Assembly (NCBI GenBank): GCA_963693365.1
Contig: CAVNZM010000002.1
Coordinates: 10,286,328-10,350,327, forward strand
Reading direction: 5' to 3'
DNA length: 64,000 bases
From: Amoebidium appalachense
Taxonomy: Eukaryota; Protista; Ichthyosporea
A program made the position numbers and the translations under genes. Positions 27,781 to 52,384 of the stretch are shown here, one piece after another; the first letter of the stretch is position 1, and the number at the start of each line of letters is the position of its first letter. The notes beneath the pieces were generated by a model. It searched no databases, was not told where the DNA came from, and saw only the letters and a program-made list of their open reading frames with translations.

Positions 27781-27811
<31 letters not shown>

Positions 27812-28035
27812 CCGTGACCATAGGATTTCTCGGCATCGACTCCGCAAGGGGAAGTGATGGGCTCGGAATCACTGTTTCCTATTGGCGGTCTGAGAAGGAC
27901 ATTTTGAGGTGGAAAATGAATGCAGAACACACGATCGCACGTGAAATGGGCCGGGAAAAGTGGTATTTAGGATACACCCTACGTGTGGCCAAGGTCGAGA
28001 GGGCGTATGACTGGTCCTTTCAGCAGCCAGAGTAG
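27065..28035 (+). CDS. Antibiotic biosynthesis monooxygenase (ABM) family protein, bacterial YqjZ-like, 117 aa, one intron
   Basis: Exons 27065-27206 and 27824-28035 (phase 1, GT-AG) give MTEPALLAKTPPTPYYAVVFASTKS...YGATADRMVELAAQQPGFLGIDSARGSDGLGITVSYWRS...EHTIAREMGREKWYLGYTLRVAKVERAY. This matches YqjZ-type motifs (TPxPYYAVIF, QPGFLG, GITVSYW, RVAKVER). An upstream acceptor at about 27016 suggests a 5' intron. Confidence 0.92.
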
Positions 28036-28487
28036 ACACCTAATGTTACCGCGTAATTTGAACAGCCGGACTGGTTGATTTTCAATTTATGTAGCCGCCA
28101 CAGCGCAGACACCTTAGGCTATATGCATTAGCTATATGCATTTCGCTAATTTGGGCCACACGGTGGATTGGTTTTATGCTTTCCACCGCCAAGGGGCGAG
28201 CGGTTATGGGCAACCACCGCTTTTGTTGAATGGGTCTTGAGTTGGGAACTCAAGTCAGAATGACTGAAAGGCCCGTGGTGTTTGTGCAAGTACAAGACGA
28301 AAGCTATCGCGAAATACCGTGAAAATTACCGTGAATTTTTGAGCGATTTGCACGGTATATAGGCAACATCATCGATGCAAGCAATGGAGCCCCAGAAGGG
28401 AGGGGATGGAGATGACGTGCTTGTGGTTGCCATTTTTGGAGGGGTAACGCAGAAGTGGGGGCAACCCCCTCCTCCTCTCCCCCCCTC

Positions 28488-28540
<53 letters not shown>

Positions 28541-29313
28541 TCACACACACATTTTCACATACACATAACAGTCCCCCCTGGTTTTTTCTCCAGAAACCCA
28601 TTATCAGCGCCTCCGCCCCTTCCTCCTCCTCCTCCCCCCCCCCCCCCCCCCCCCCCCCAGTCCGCCTGCTCTAAATTTAATTCCATTGAAATTCGGTGAA
28701 TTGGGACTCACTGTTGTCGATGTGTGTTACCCGGTCATCAGTAAAGACGTGTACCTGTTTTGTAAACGTAGAGCTAGTAGAGATAGCAAAAGCCTCAGCA
28801 AGGCCCGAGGTAATATAGAACTTTTTAACCTGGGTTTGCTACGTTGATTCATAGGAACGGAAACAATGTCACCGAAAAAAAATAGTTCGAGGGCAAAAAA
28901 TAAAAACAAAAAGAACAGCCAACCAAAACAATGGGCGTCAATGTCATATGTATGCATATGATCCCCCCCCCCCCCCCCCCTTCTTTTTTTTTTAAAGAAT
29001 TAGAATGCTGTGCTGCTAGCTGGGCATCAAATCTAAAATCATGTGACTGTGGCACTTGCATGACGGTGCTCGTCAGTTAACATGTACTCTTTGGTTTTTT
29101 TTTTTGGACGTTCGAAGTGCTGTACATAGCTGTATGTTCTACTTGTTGATGAGGCTCCTTAGACTAGCTTATATATATTTGTGTATTTTTTCGTATTCGG
29201 ATTTAAATTTGCAAATCTTCCTTTGCTGCTTCTTTTCTTTCTCGTTCAAGGGCTTTTTAATTTAAACATAATATTTTGAACATGATACTTTCTTTTGTGT
29301 GTCTGTGTGTGTG

Positions 29314-29348
<35 letters not shown>

Positions 29349-29965
29349 GTGTATGTGCACGCGCATGCATATATGTGCGCGCTCGTGTCTTGCACCGAGA
29401 CAGAAGACAGTAGAGGGGAATTTCACCTAGTACTATTATTAGTCAACTCAGGGCTGTCTCCTCCCCCCCCCCTCCCCCCCCCCCCCCCCCCCCCCCCCAC
29501 CGCCCTTCCCCCACCTGCAAAGCCTACTATGGGCCTCCAACTTTTTGCAACAAACTCTCACGAACGAGCTCGACAAACAAACTCCTTATTTGGACGTCAT
29601 GAGTGATCAAGCAACGTGCGCAGGGACGTCGACATGGCACAGCGGCCGCGGTACCCTTGCGCACAAGGCGCTGGGGCCGGGAAAAAAAAAAAGGGGGGGG
29701 GGGGGGGGGGGGGAATACACCGAAAAACGTTCTGGCCACCGTGCAATGTTTATTCCACGTGTATGACGGCCTTTTTAACAGTGCAAACACTCTGTGCAAT
29801 GCACCAGCCAAGAAACCTCACCACGCTGAATAATTGGTGCCCAATAAACTAGATGATACAGGTCCATGCAGTTACAGCACTTGAACAAGAACAAAATGGG
29901 TGTGAGAAGACAACACACGGTGACGTGGACATGTGCATGTGTGCATGCATCAGATTGTCGCACAT

Positions 29966-30040
<75 letters not shown>

Positions 30041-30090
30041 ATGCACTTGGCCTTATTTAACCTTCAATGTTTAATGTTTAAAGATAAAAC

Positions 30091-30546
30091 TTAAACCATG
30101 CGCTTCTGCTCAAAGAATCGCTTGAGGTAGACCACCTGACCGATGGACATTGCCACCACGACGGCACACTCGAAGATGGCCCAATAGAGTACCCGGCTGT
30201 GCGTGCTCTCGTTGACTGTACGTGTGTGTGTTTTTTGTGTGCGTACGTGTGCGTACGTGTGTGTGTGCGTACGTGTGTGTGTGTGTGGATGTGTGGATGG
30301 GAGAGGTGGGGAGGATGAGGTCAGAACGAGGTGTAATAGTGGGCATGTGGAGCTATCCACAGACAACCCCCCTCCCCAAGCAGGAGCAGCGATTAACCAC
30401 ACGAGTAATAAGCGATTGCCTTCAGAGGGCCCAAATTGCACACACAGACATGCACGGGCACACTCCAGACAGAGCATTCCACCCATCTACCCAATCATCC
30501 TTTTACGTTCACACGCCGTCCTCCCCTCCCTCCCCCCCCCCCCCCC

Positions 30547-30583
<37 letters not shown>

Positions 30584-32180
30584 ACACACACACACCCCAC
30601 ACCCCACCCACCCATCGGACGCACCCACACACACACACACACACTTGCACGTACTCTGCCTGTGTGAGATCTCACGCATGGCCATGTATGCGTTCTCCTC
30701 CCTGACCGTGTACATCTTGTTGCTGAGGTCATGCACCATGTTGTTGATCTGCTTGTGCTCTGTGTGTATATGATGTATGCATTGAGTCAGTTTTTATCTG
30801 ATATTGTGTGCATGCGTGCATGTGTGTGCATTGAGTCAATCTATTTATCTGCAGAGGCGTGGTGGCGCAGATATCTAGATGCATGCATAGAAGCGGCACA
30901 ATTGGGTATTATCTTAATTTCCATTCACTGTAGAAAATAAGGCCATCACAGACTTAGATGTACATGCATAAAAGTGTCCCCCCCCCCCCCCCCCCCCCCC
31001 CTTCCCCTCTCACCCCAAAACAAGGGAAGAGGAGAAAAAAAAAGGGGGGGGGGGGGAAACAGAAAAGCGGAGCCCATCCAATAAAGGGTCCTGCTCAAGG
31101 CCTTAAACGAACCACCGCTTCTCCCATTTTAAGTCCCGACCGAGGATGATCCGACCGAGGATTTTAGATGGCCCCAGCGCGGCCCTTGAAATCGTCGAAC
31201 CAATCAAGCCATTGCGGGCATGACGTCATTTGTTAACAAAATACGCCAGAATGAGGCAATGCCCTCGATAGCTTGATTGGTTCGAGGATTTCAAGAGCCA
31301 CCGAAATCCTCGATTGGGGCTTAAAATGGGAAAGGCTGTGCTTGGTTTGATCAAGACACCCCAGCCCTCAAAATGAAGATAAATTGAAGGGGGAAAAAAA
31401 AAAAAAAAAAAAAAAACTGCTGCTGCCTGCCCCCCCCCCCCCCCCCTCCCCCTCCTCCCCCCCCCCCCCCCCCCCAAAAAAAAAAAAAAAAAAAAAATAG
31501 AAAAGAAAATACCTTCTGCGGTGTTTGCCTCGGCGGGGGCCTCGGGCTGGTTGAGGCTGTTGATGGAGAACATGAGCTCCTTGGGCGTCATGGTCGACAT
31601 CTGGTTGGAGAAGCAGATCTGGTGCCGCCCCTGAAACAGAAAAAAAGAAGGAAAGGGGGGGGGGGGGGGGGGGGGGGGAGGGGGGGGGGAGGGGGGGGAG
31701 AGAGGAAAGGAAAGGAAAAATAGGAGAAAAGGGAAAACAGAGAAAGGGAAGAGGAAGAAAACTGAAAAAGAGTAGAAAGGCAGAAAATAGAAAGAGGAAG
31801 AAAAAAGGAAAAGGGGAGACAGGAAAAAAAATGGGAGAAAGGAGGAAACAGACGAAAGGGAAGAGGGAAAAAAAGGGAAAGGAAGGAAGGGAAAAGAGAG
31901 GAAGGGGGAAGGAAAAAGGGAAAGAAGGAAAGGATGGGGAAAATAAAAGGAGAAAAACGGGGGAAGGAAGGAAGGGGAAAGGTGAAAGGGGAGAGGGGGG
32001 GGGGGGGGGGGGGGGGGGGAGATGGTCAAACACGGATGTTGTAGGGTGCGTGTGCGTGTTCGTGTTTGTGTGTGCGTGAGTGCGTTTATGTGTGTGTGTG
32101 CAGTGTGTGCGTGGGCACGCGTGTATCCGCGCACCTGCATGGGCATGCGTGTGTGTGTGTGCGTGTGTGTGTGTGTGCAT

Positions 32181-32274
<94 letters not shown>

Positions 32275-33110
32275 TGTGCTGGTGTGTGTTCTGTTGTGTG
32301 TGCTTAGGTCGAAAGCACGAAGTGGAGTGTCACGACGGCCTGGGAGTGTTATGGTGGTAATTTTCTCCGAGGGGAGGGAGGGAGGGGGGGGGGGGGGTTA
32401 AGACAGCATAAACAAAAAGGTAAAAAAAATTATTGTAAGAGATTACTGGAGTGGTGGTGGCTGTGGTGGTGGGGTGGAGGGGGGGAAGGGGGGGGGGGGG
32501 GGGGGGGGGGGGGTCCTACTCCTCACATCCAATATGCACAAATGGGGTAAAAACTCTACAAGCAAGTAGACAACAAAGAACCAAGGACCGACATAACGAG
32601 TTTATTTTGAACGAAAAGAGGGGGAAGGGGGGGGGGGGGGGGGGGGGTGGTAGGTTTGGAAGGAAGGAGGGTGGGCACTCATCGTATCCGTGCATGTGCA
32701 AAAGGAGAATTCAAACGCCACGAACATACCAAAGCAAAGGACCAGCGAGCGAACTTGCAAAGGCTTTAAGGGGGGGCTCTGCTCATACCATCTCTGTACA
32801 AGGGGAATTCAAACCCTGCAGACCAATAAATGCAAATAACCGGGGAACGAAACTTCAAGCGGGGAACGGGGGTTCTACTCACATCCTTCGTTGCTTTGAT
32901 TGCGGCTGTGTCTTCTGTGCTGCGTGCAATCTCGTGGATCACATTGCCGTCAGGCCCCTTGATCTGCAGGCACACACATATGTGTCAGTGTGCGTGCTTG
33001 CGTGCGTGCGTGCGTGCGTGTGTGTGTGTGTGTGTGTTGATCTGCAGGCGCACACATGTGCGTCAGTGTGCGCGCGCGCGTGTGTGTGTGTGTATGTGTG
33101 TGCGCGCGCG

Positions 33111-33148
<38 letters not shown>

Positions 33149-33561
33149 GGAAGAGGGGGGGGGGGGGGGGTTGGAAATGCCTGTGCGCGTTGGTGGTGGT
33201 GGTGGGTGGGGGGGGGAGGGGAGACATTTGACAATTTGCGTGCCAGGAGCAGACAAAAAAAAGGAAGGGCGCCGAGCGGGGGGAGGGGGGTGGGGGGGGA
33301 GGGAGGAAGAGAGGGGGGGGGGGGGGGGGAGAGAGGGGGGGGGGGGGGGGAGAGAGAGAGAGAGAGAGCAGTGGGAGGGGGAGAGAGAGAAGGGGGGGGG
33401 GGGAGGGGGAGGGAGGAGGAGAGAGAGAGAGAGAGAAAGAGAGGAGAGAGAAGGAGAGAGCGAGAGGGAGGGAGAGAGAAGGAGAGAGAGACAGAGAGAG
33501 GATTAAAGTGTGTGTGTGTGATTAACATCACCTATGCTTAAAGGAACAAGACAAGAATCCG

Positions 33562-33620
<59 letters not shown>

Positions 33621-35010
33621 ACACCAATACCAAGAAAAAAAGAAAGAAAGAAAGAAAGAAAAGAAAAAAGAAAAACAAGAACGCACAAAAAGCCTCCCGT
33701 GCCCTAGCACCCACCCTATCTTCCTCTCTCATGAATATATTTATCCCATCCCCCTCCCCCCCTCCCCCCAATTACAAAAAACAAAAGGTCAACATTTTTT
33801 GCTCCACCCCAAACGTCAAAACCATGCTACCCAAAGAAATGACAGTTTGGTACCCTCAGCCATAGAACAAGTGGAAAAATCTGTGTGCTGTGAAGCGCAT
33901 CAACACATGCCCTCACGTGCGCATACACGGAGAAGGCCATGGGCAAGGGTCATGTGACTGTTGTGACTGTTGGAGCCATGAGGGTCTGTCTCTGGGTGCT
34001 TGTTTATGTATGTGCATAGTGACTGCACACGTATGTGTGTGCACGTGCTGTATAATGCCAGTGTGAGTGTACGTGTATGTGTGTTTGTGCATGCAGGCAC
34101 ATAATGGCTGCAACACTATTGATGGCACAAGTGCATTTCCATATGTGAATAAGTCGGCTTTGTCGTGTGGTGGGTGTGTGGACGTGCACATGCTTGCCCT
34201 TTTGTATGTGTAGTTGTGCCTATATGCTCTATAAAAGTCTTGTGTCGACATACTCCATCCCTCCCCCTTTCCTGCCTGCTTTCCCCTCCCCCCAGCCCTC
34301 CCCCACCCCCCTCACACAAACACACACACAAAAAGACTTGCAACACGGATGGCTTCTAGCAAACTACACGCAAACTAGGCGAAAAGAACATACCGATTAC
34401 AATAAATGCAAAAAACGAGAGGCAGCTTCGAGGTGGCACACAAGCGAACGCTGCACATGCAACTGCACACTGGTGCACGCACACGGGGCTCATAGGCACA
34501 GTGACTTCCCCTTTACCTGTCCTCCCCGCCCCCCCCCCCCCCTCCCCCCCCACACACACACCCGCCTAAAACGCACACACACACATACCCCCTATCCACT
34601 CACAACCGCGTCCACAAGAACGCACACACCCACGCACCCACGCACACACACATGCACACACGGACACGCACACACGCACACACGCACATTCATACGCGCA
34701 CACAGACACACCCAACGCACACCCACCCACCCACACACACACAAGCACACGCGCAAGCACAGACCACACGTTCTCAGCATAATGCCATTGTGACGAATCC
34801 CCACTACACATCTCGTACAAGAACCAGCATGTTAACTACCTGCACATCAATGTCCAGGAAACCGCCCTCGGTAACCTGGTAGGTAACCCCCAGAGGCTGC
34901 CCTGCGTGCAGCTCTTCAAAAAAGCACAACTCATCGTTGGCGTCAACAGTTACCATGTGGCTGATGGCGTGCGCGCCAGCTGCACACAGAAGAAGAGATA
35001 GAGCCCTCAT
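30091..35010 (-). CDS. p24/emp24/gp25L family cargo receptor (TMED2/Emp24-like, GOLD domain)
   Basis: Exons 35010-34840, 32963-32883, 31630-31513, 30759-30655 and 30215-30091 have consistent phases. The protein shows a signal peptide, [63 protein letters not shown], a TM segment and the tail [12 protein letters not shown]. Confidence 0.95.
31097..31357. mobile_element. MITE-like long inverted repeat inside p24 intron 3
   Basis: Arms CCCATTTTAAG (31123)/CTTAAAATGGG (31320) and CTTGAAATCGTCGAACCAATCAAGC (31185)/GCTTGATTGGTTCGAGGATTTCAAG (31271). A related arm lies at about 40290-40405. Confidence 0.7.
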
Positions 35011-35700
35011 TTTTAAAGTGTGTAGGGAATAAACTAATAAAACGCGAATGAAGGGGTGTGTGGAACTAACGTTGGTCGGGAAAAGACCTAAGGGGTAAGT
35101 TGGAAGAGCAAGAGGCTATAAACCTGCCGCCCTGAATATTATTGGGTAAATAGGTAAAGTGTGCGCGCAGTTATGGTGACTATACAAAACGCATAAGCAA
35201 AACGTCGGGATTATCCGGCGAAATACGGCCCACACACAAAAGAAGCTTTGAAAACTGAGACTCGAAAACGTGAATTTAGTGTGACAAAGTTGAGTTGACA
35301 ACCGGGTTATCGCATACCATCAGTAACCAATCGCACGTTAGATTTAAAAATTAAACCATAAATTCTTTTGTCCGAGAAAGTCTAGTTTTGGTGCGTTCCT
35401 ATTGGTTGTCTCATGCAGCTGTTCCCGCCAGTTCTTGCTGTAACACATGATGGCAGTGGCCAGTTCCGTGCGGGGCGCGGCGAAAACGTAAAAACGTAAA
35501 ACGTAAAACGTAAACGTGACGTGGGTGGCAGACATGGTGGTGTTCAGAGAGAAAGGCAGTACTAGTCATTTGTCGCTGTTCTTCTTGACTCATTCTTCCA
35601 TCTGATAAGAGCTTTTTTGAATTTACCGAGCCCATCCTGGCGGACAAGACATAGCGTAGGTGTTACGTTTGTGTGCCCTGCCCACGTTAACAGAAACATT
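35011..35700. promoter_or_regulatory. Probable bidirectional promoter between p24 and the DBHS gene
   Basis: Head-to-head genes with a microsatellite-free interval. It contains CCAAT (about 35327), ATTGG (about 35401) and an (AAAACGT)n array at about 35483-35517. Confidence 0.45.
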
Positions 35701-36022
35701 CGCTTCTGGGAGGGAGTGAGTGAAAGAAACAGTGCCTGACGGGGTGGGGGTTGTCCCGCCCGCATATACTCGCCACAATGCGACAGAAGAAGGTGTGTGC
35801 CTTGTCGATGCTTCCCCTACCACCACCCCTCTCCCCCCCCCCCCCCCTCCCCCTCCCCTCCCTCCCTCCCTCCCTCCCTCCCTCCCTCCCTCCCTCCCTC
35901 CGTCCCCCCCCCCCCCCCCCTCCCCCCCTCCCCCCTTCTACTCCCTTCTCCCCTCCCCCCTCCACCCAAACACAAACACTTTCATATTGGAGCCCCTGGG
36001 CCCTATGACATAATTCAATTAC

Positions 36023-36505
36023 TTCCAGAACGGCACAGTTACTTTCGCTCGTTTCTCAGCCAGTTTTGAGACTTTATATGTGCCTAGAAAAGGTAGTCGT
36101 TTCACTCTTACAAACTAAGATCTGCGACGAAGATATTCGGTCTGCTTTATCTGAACCCCCCCCCCCCCCCCCCCCTCCCCATGCCCTTTTGGTTTTTCCG
36201 GCTCTTCTCCGTCCAGTCCGCATACTTGTTTGTTCGGTTTCCTCTGTACCATCCCCCCCCAATTATTTCCAGAACGGCACAGTTACTTTCGCTCGTTTCT
36301 CAGCCAGTTTTGAGACTTTATATGTGCCTAGAAAAGGTAGTCGTTTCACTCTTACAAACTAAGATCTGCGACGAAGATGTTCGGTCTGCTTTATCTGAAC
36401 CCCCTCCCCCCCCCCCCCCCCCCCTCCCCACGCCCTTTTGGTTTTTCCGGCTCTTCTCCGTCCAGTCCGCATACTTGTTTGTTCGGTTTCCTCTGTACCA
36501 TCCCC
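36023..36505. repeat. About 244-bp tandem duplication
   Basis: TTCCAGAACGGCACAGTTACTTTCG starts at 36023 and 36267; copies near-identical except for poly-C length. Confidence 0.9.
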
Positions 36506-36814
36506 CCCCCCCCCCGTCCCTCCCCTCCCCCCTATTCAAACCCCCCTTCCAGCCCCCTTTGTCCTTCTTATAGCCTCTGTGCACACAAGCAAGCGCATAT
36601 CCCACTTCCCGAGACCACAAGAGCATGGACAAATAGATATATGCACACAGAGAAGCTCGATACATCCCACCATGTTTTCTTACGTCCGTTTCCCTCCCTC
36701 CCCTCCCCTCTGCCGTTTGCCGACCCCTTCACCACCCCTTCACGTCCTCCTCAACATTTTCGCCTTTGTGTCATGCCTCTCCCTTAGCTTGAGTTTTTAA
36801 GTGTCTATAGTTCC

Positions 36815-47251
<10,437 letters not shown>

Positions 47252-50200
47252 ACAGCAATAAAGATCTTCTGTACGTTTTCTCTCTCTTACCCTGTCTTTT
47301 TCCTCGTTCTCTCAAATAATTTTTCTCGTTTTACCGCCAACTCTAACTCTCACATACAGCTACGGGGACTACTATAACGACCAGGGACAGGGGGGGCCTG
47401 ACAGAGGCTACCGTCCGGTATGGTTCCTTTGCTATTGCATACATTCTGCTTGTGTGTGTGCTTGTTGGCAGAGCTACGTTTTGTTGGGTGTTGTGAATCT
47501 GTGCTTCGACGCTCTGTGTACCGCTCATTTTACCCCCCCCCCCCCCCCCCCCCCCCCCTCTCCAAACAACACCTTCCCTCCCTTCCGTTCCCTCCTTCCC
47601 CTCCCCCCTCTCCCCACCCCACCCCTGCAGCACACAGACACGCACACATCACACTCACATTTACACAGGCGTTGGCAAGTGCACCAACAGATCCACACAG
47701 ACACAGGCACAGGTACACACACACACACACAAACACACAACTATTATCTCACACCACCTCTCTCTCGCACACGAAAGCAAACAGATCACACAAACTCGCA
47801 GCTTTTCGTTTTTTCTTGCCGTAACAAACATGGAGGATTGATCTGATGTCGATGTCGTTAACATGCACACAGTGTATTTCCTTGGGGTGTCGCTATAAAA
47901 TTATGATAGGATTTTCGTAACGCAACGACTGAATTGTCGTCACTTCAACCGTTGCCATATGACTGACTGCCCATCATCGAGATTCACAGTCCTCTTTACT
48001 CAGATGGCGCCTTTGTTGCTATCTTTCAAACGAAAGGTCTACATTTACCCACACTCGAAGCAGTAGCAACAAGCAGGATTTGAGATTTCCCAGCCGTATG
48101 TATAACAAGATCATAATCGTGCCGTTTCAGGTTCCCCCTTCTTGTCCTACATCATTTTGGGTACCTGAAAATTTGCGTCCCCAACCCGATTATTCTCTCC
48201 CCACCACATGTTTCATGCAATCAGGCATTAAAGAAAAAGTACGTTGTGGTATAGCACCCTTACTTGTTGAACCCCATTACCTATTTTAATCGATATCGAA
48301 CGTAGCCCTACGGGACTCTGTCGATTCCCATAATTTCACACCACATGGTTCGGTTTTTTTCCCAACAGCATACCGGGTTTACCACCGTTTAACCCTTAAT
48401 GATACGGTTTTAACCCCACATTGCATGGACCGTTTGCAGCCCCCAGGTGATCGCTTTGCCCCGTACGGTACCCCACGTGGGCCCCGCGGCCCCCCGAACC
48501 CATCAGGCCCTCGCGGCTATTAGGCGCCACTGATTTCCGCGAATGACGCGAACATGTGTGCAAGGAACAGAATCGGAGGAGTATCGGTGGTTGTGCGGGC
48601 ATATGCGCCATACGGATATTTGGAGGAAGAAAAGTGCGCAAACTTGTGACGGTGGTTAAAATGATGGAGTTAGATATGGAGTCATGGAGTCGGTAGTTGC
48701 CGAGGTGGTGTGGGCTCTATCGGCGTGGTTTACGTTCATGTTCTGGGATGTGCGCGTGCGCGTAGATGGATCTTAGAACGGTTGCAGGAGTATTTTTGGC
48801 CTTATGGGCTTTGGTGGGCAGAGTTAAAGCTGTTTGAGATTTGGTCTCTTAATTATATTTCGTTTGGCTCTGAAACTGTTACTTCCGTACATGCAAACGT
48901 CTGTATATATTTGCTTTCTAATTCAGTGACTCGCCCATGCGCAGAACTGCCTTTTGGTCTTCGCTTTTTTGCACTTTCACGTTTCATGATGTCTCGCTCG
49001 TTGGGGAAATCGGTATGCAGCTACATGTGGTGTTTAGTGATGATTTTAAAATCCAGAACAGATCAAGTAAACAGGATGATTAATCGCCGCCGTGTGTCTG
49101 TGAATGTTGATACATGCTGCCTGTCTCCAGCTACCCTGAGGGCTGTGCCCAAATAAGGTAAAATAGTTGGAGCTCGACAGTAAGTGGATGTAAGTCATCA
49201 CGGCAACCAAGAAGGAAGAAAAAAACTGAAAAAAACAAGAAAATTCTTCGCGACTGACCGTTGTGTTTGCGGCGATTTTGGCGGTCGCCAAATCGATAGT
49301 GAGGCATGGGGGCATATGCAACTGTGGAGAGACTATGATGATGAACTTGCATAGTGTATAGAGTAATCGTTAGAGTTCATATGTGCGCATGTGTTTGGTA
49401 ATAAGGAGGGGGTGGCGTCCGCGAAGTGTGTTTAGCTGCGTTGACGTGAGTGCGTTCTAAGTCAGGCAAAATAGTCGACATGCATGGCCATAGTGCATAA
49501 TCAGTACGCATTGGTCGACCTCACATAAGGAGGTGGAGTGAAAGTTTGCCCTCGGCATTTACAAACACCGTATGCACCCGCCAGTAGGGAAGGATCCCCG
49601 CCAACCAGGACACGCTATAGGCCAAGGCCGGTTTTAGACGCACATGCATCACGGCCAGAGTTTGGGATGCTTTTACTAGCGTCACGGACTGACCTAGTAT
49701 GGGGGTTGCTTGAGCATGCCTCTCCTCCCCCCGTCCCCCCCTCTCGAGCTCCCTCCCTCCCGCCCGCCCGACGCCCACCCAGAGATGTCCGTGCGACACG
49801 AGGCCCCTAGGGATTGCTCACGTAAACCGCTAAAAAACACAGTATGTGATAATTTATCACCCAAAAACAAACCTAAACCCAATAACCATAACTCTATGTG
49901 TGCCTGGCGGCCCCTTCATGTTGCTCGGGGATTGAACCATTCCTCCCTGACTTCACGTCACCGGAGCGTGTTTTGTCCAATCAGGTGCGAGTGGAATGAG
50001 GTTCCGTCACATGTAGGAACCAATCTCTTCAACCCTTTCGCAGAACATAACAGCGGATCACCAAAGCAAAGTTAACGAGTATGTATGTTGTCATTATCTT
50101 TAATGACATGAATGCAATTCGAACTTGCAATTGGATGTGGATTCCCAGGAGGGGATCATTGCACTTTATTGGCCGCTCCCTCCGGCCAATCGGAAACACA

Positions 50201-50308
50201 ACATGTGCCCCATATGCATGATATGTACATCATACTACAAATGAAATACACCCCTTAGTAATGTTACCTAATATACGGTCACAACACTAGAACCCCTAAC
50301 CCTACAGA

Positions 50309-50345
<37 letters not shown>

Positions 50346-50930
50346 ACTAATCAACCGCCGGGTCGGGAGGGTGGTATATGTGTGTGACGTGGGTGCGCAG
50401 GTATTGGAAACAAAGCTGGGCAGTGAGATAGTCACCTGTGTTAAGAAGGAAGTCAATGATGGTAGAGTGTTGTGCAGGGTGGCGGGAAGTGGATAGGTGT
50501 GTGAGGAGTGTGGTGGAAAAGGAGGCCTGTGTGGCTAATGGAATAAATGGAAACACAATACACCGGCCCACGCAGCTACGGCACCAAGGATGTCACCCAC
50601 TAGCTCACAACCGTCTAGGAAACATCAGAAAACGGTTACCACGCCATTGAAGCGCCCATTGTACTAGTAACCCACTAGGGAAGCCCACTATGCTATCGGC
50701 TAGTGACCGTTTCTCACGGCCTGTGGAGCAAACATATTGCACTAAGGGTTTGTGTATGTATGCGGGTGCTTGCGTTAAATGAGGTAGAAATATGTGTTTT
50801 GTGTTGTGCGTCTTAAAAGTGAGGCGTGTGTGTAGGAGGGGAGTGCCGTGGAGGTTCGGATGGGGGGGTTGGAGGTTGGATTCCCAAGAAATGGACATCC
50901 CATATTATCAATATATATAATGCGTTGTTT

Positions 50931-51638
50931 GCCGGACCTCAAATCCGGAATTTGGAGGGGACCAAAGGCCATTTTGTGAGGCATCAAAAACCATCGAAAC
51001 GTTGCTTAGTTGTTTTTATGACATCAAAATCGCTAAATATTCTTGCGATACTAATGAAAAAGCCTAAAATAACTATATATTTGATAATGAGAAAATTGAA
51101 ATATAGTGCCCTAAAGTTGGGCCCGAGAGGATGTACGTACTCGGGGCTTTGAAGTAAAAAGAAAAAAACCAGCGGTTTAGGAGTCTACTGTGAACGCGCT
51201 GGGCTGAATGACGGCAGAGATCAGGTGATTCCCGTATCAAAACGGTTTTCGTTTCTAACCCAGAATGGAACGCACCTTTTTTAGTGCCGGACCTCAAATC
51301 CGGAATTTGGAGGGGACCTAAGGCCATTTTGTGAGGCATCAAAAACCATCGAAACGTTGCTTAGTTGTTTTTATGACATCAAAATCGCTAAATATTCTTG
51401 CGATACTAATGAAAAAGCCTAAAATAACTATATATTTGATAATGAGAAAATTGAAATATAGTGCCGTAAAGTTGGGCCCGAGAGGATGTACGTACTCGGG
51501 GCTTTGAAATAAAAAGAAAAAAACCAGCGGTTTCGGATTCACTGTGAACGCGCTGGGCTGAATGACGGCACAGATCAGGTGATTCCCGTATCAAAACTGT
51601 TTTGGTTTCTAACCCAGAATGGAACGCACTTTTTTTAG
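50931..51638. repeat. 355-bp direct tandem duplication, possibly a transposon-derived segment
   Basis: GCCGGACCTCAAATCCGGAATTTGGAGGGG starts at 50931 and 51286; copies differ by scattered substitutions. Confidence 0.92.
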
Positions 51639-51799
51639 AGAAATTCGGCGACATTTGTTTTACAACGTATTATATCATTGGTACAACGACATTTTGAAAA
51701 TTTTAATGTAATAGAACTACCAATCCAATCACAAAAACCTCAAAGGTCTGCTAACACCGGTTTAGGGGGACACGGGGGTGAGGACGGTAAATTCTATAT

Positions 51800-51844
<45 letters not shown>

Positions 51845-51854
51845 GGCCTGTGGC

Positions 51855-51885
<31 letters not shown>

Positions 51886-52348
51886 TGTACATTTTAATGT
51901 TTTAATAGCAGACAGTTGTTGAAAAAAATAGAGTAAAAAACACAACTAAATCAACTCAGTAATGTGAATATGACATTTGGGGCGAGTGTAGTAGAAGGGT
52001 TTGTGACTGATAATGATTATTGTTTTACACTAGAGCTAGGGTGATTCAAGCTGGGCGATGGTCATTGGTAATTTTTTTTATTTGTTTTTTTTCCACATTT
52101 ACACACAAAGTAATAATCGAATAGAATACAAAAACAACTAAGAAGAAAAAAACGCATACAACCTTCACTTGGCCCACACACACACATTCACACACACACA
52201 AACATGCACACACACACACACACACACACATAGACGTTGAACACAATGAAAGGAAATATATCTAGAAAACACGGGTGCCATGATTGCAGTCACTGAGTAT
52301 GAAAAGCATATAAAAAAAAATTTGGGGGGGCAGGGAATGGGAAGAGGG

Positions 52349-52384
<36 letters not shown>

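Noticed and set aside
50291-50304. CCCTAACCCTA telomere-like sequence
   Set aside because: Fewer than two units; expected by chance.
50347-50571. Minus-strand ORF resembling the end of a non-LTR retrotransposon ORF2 next to an A-run
   Set aside because: No RT or endonuclease motif, and the A-run is on the wrong strand for a poly(A) tail.
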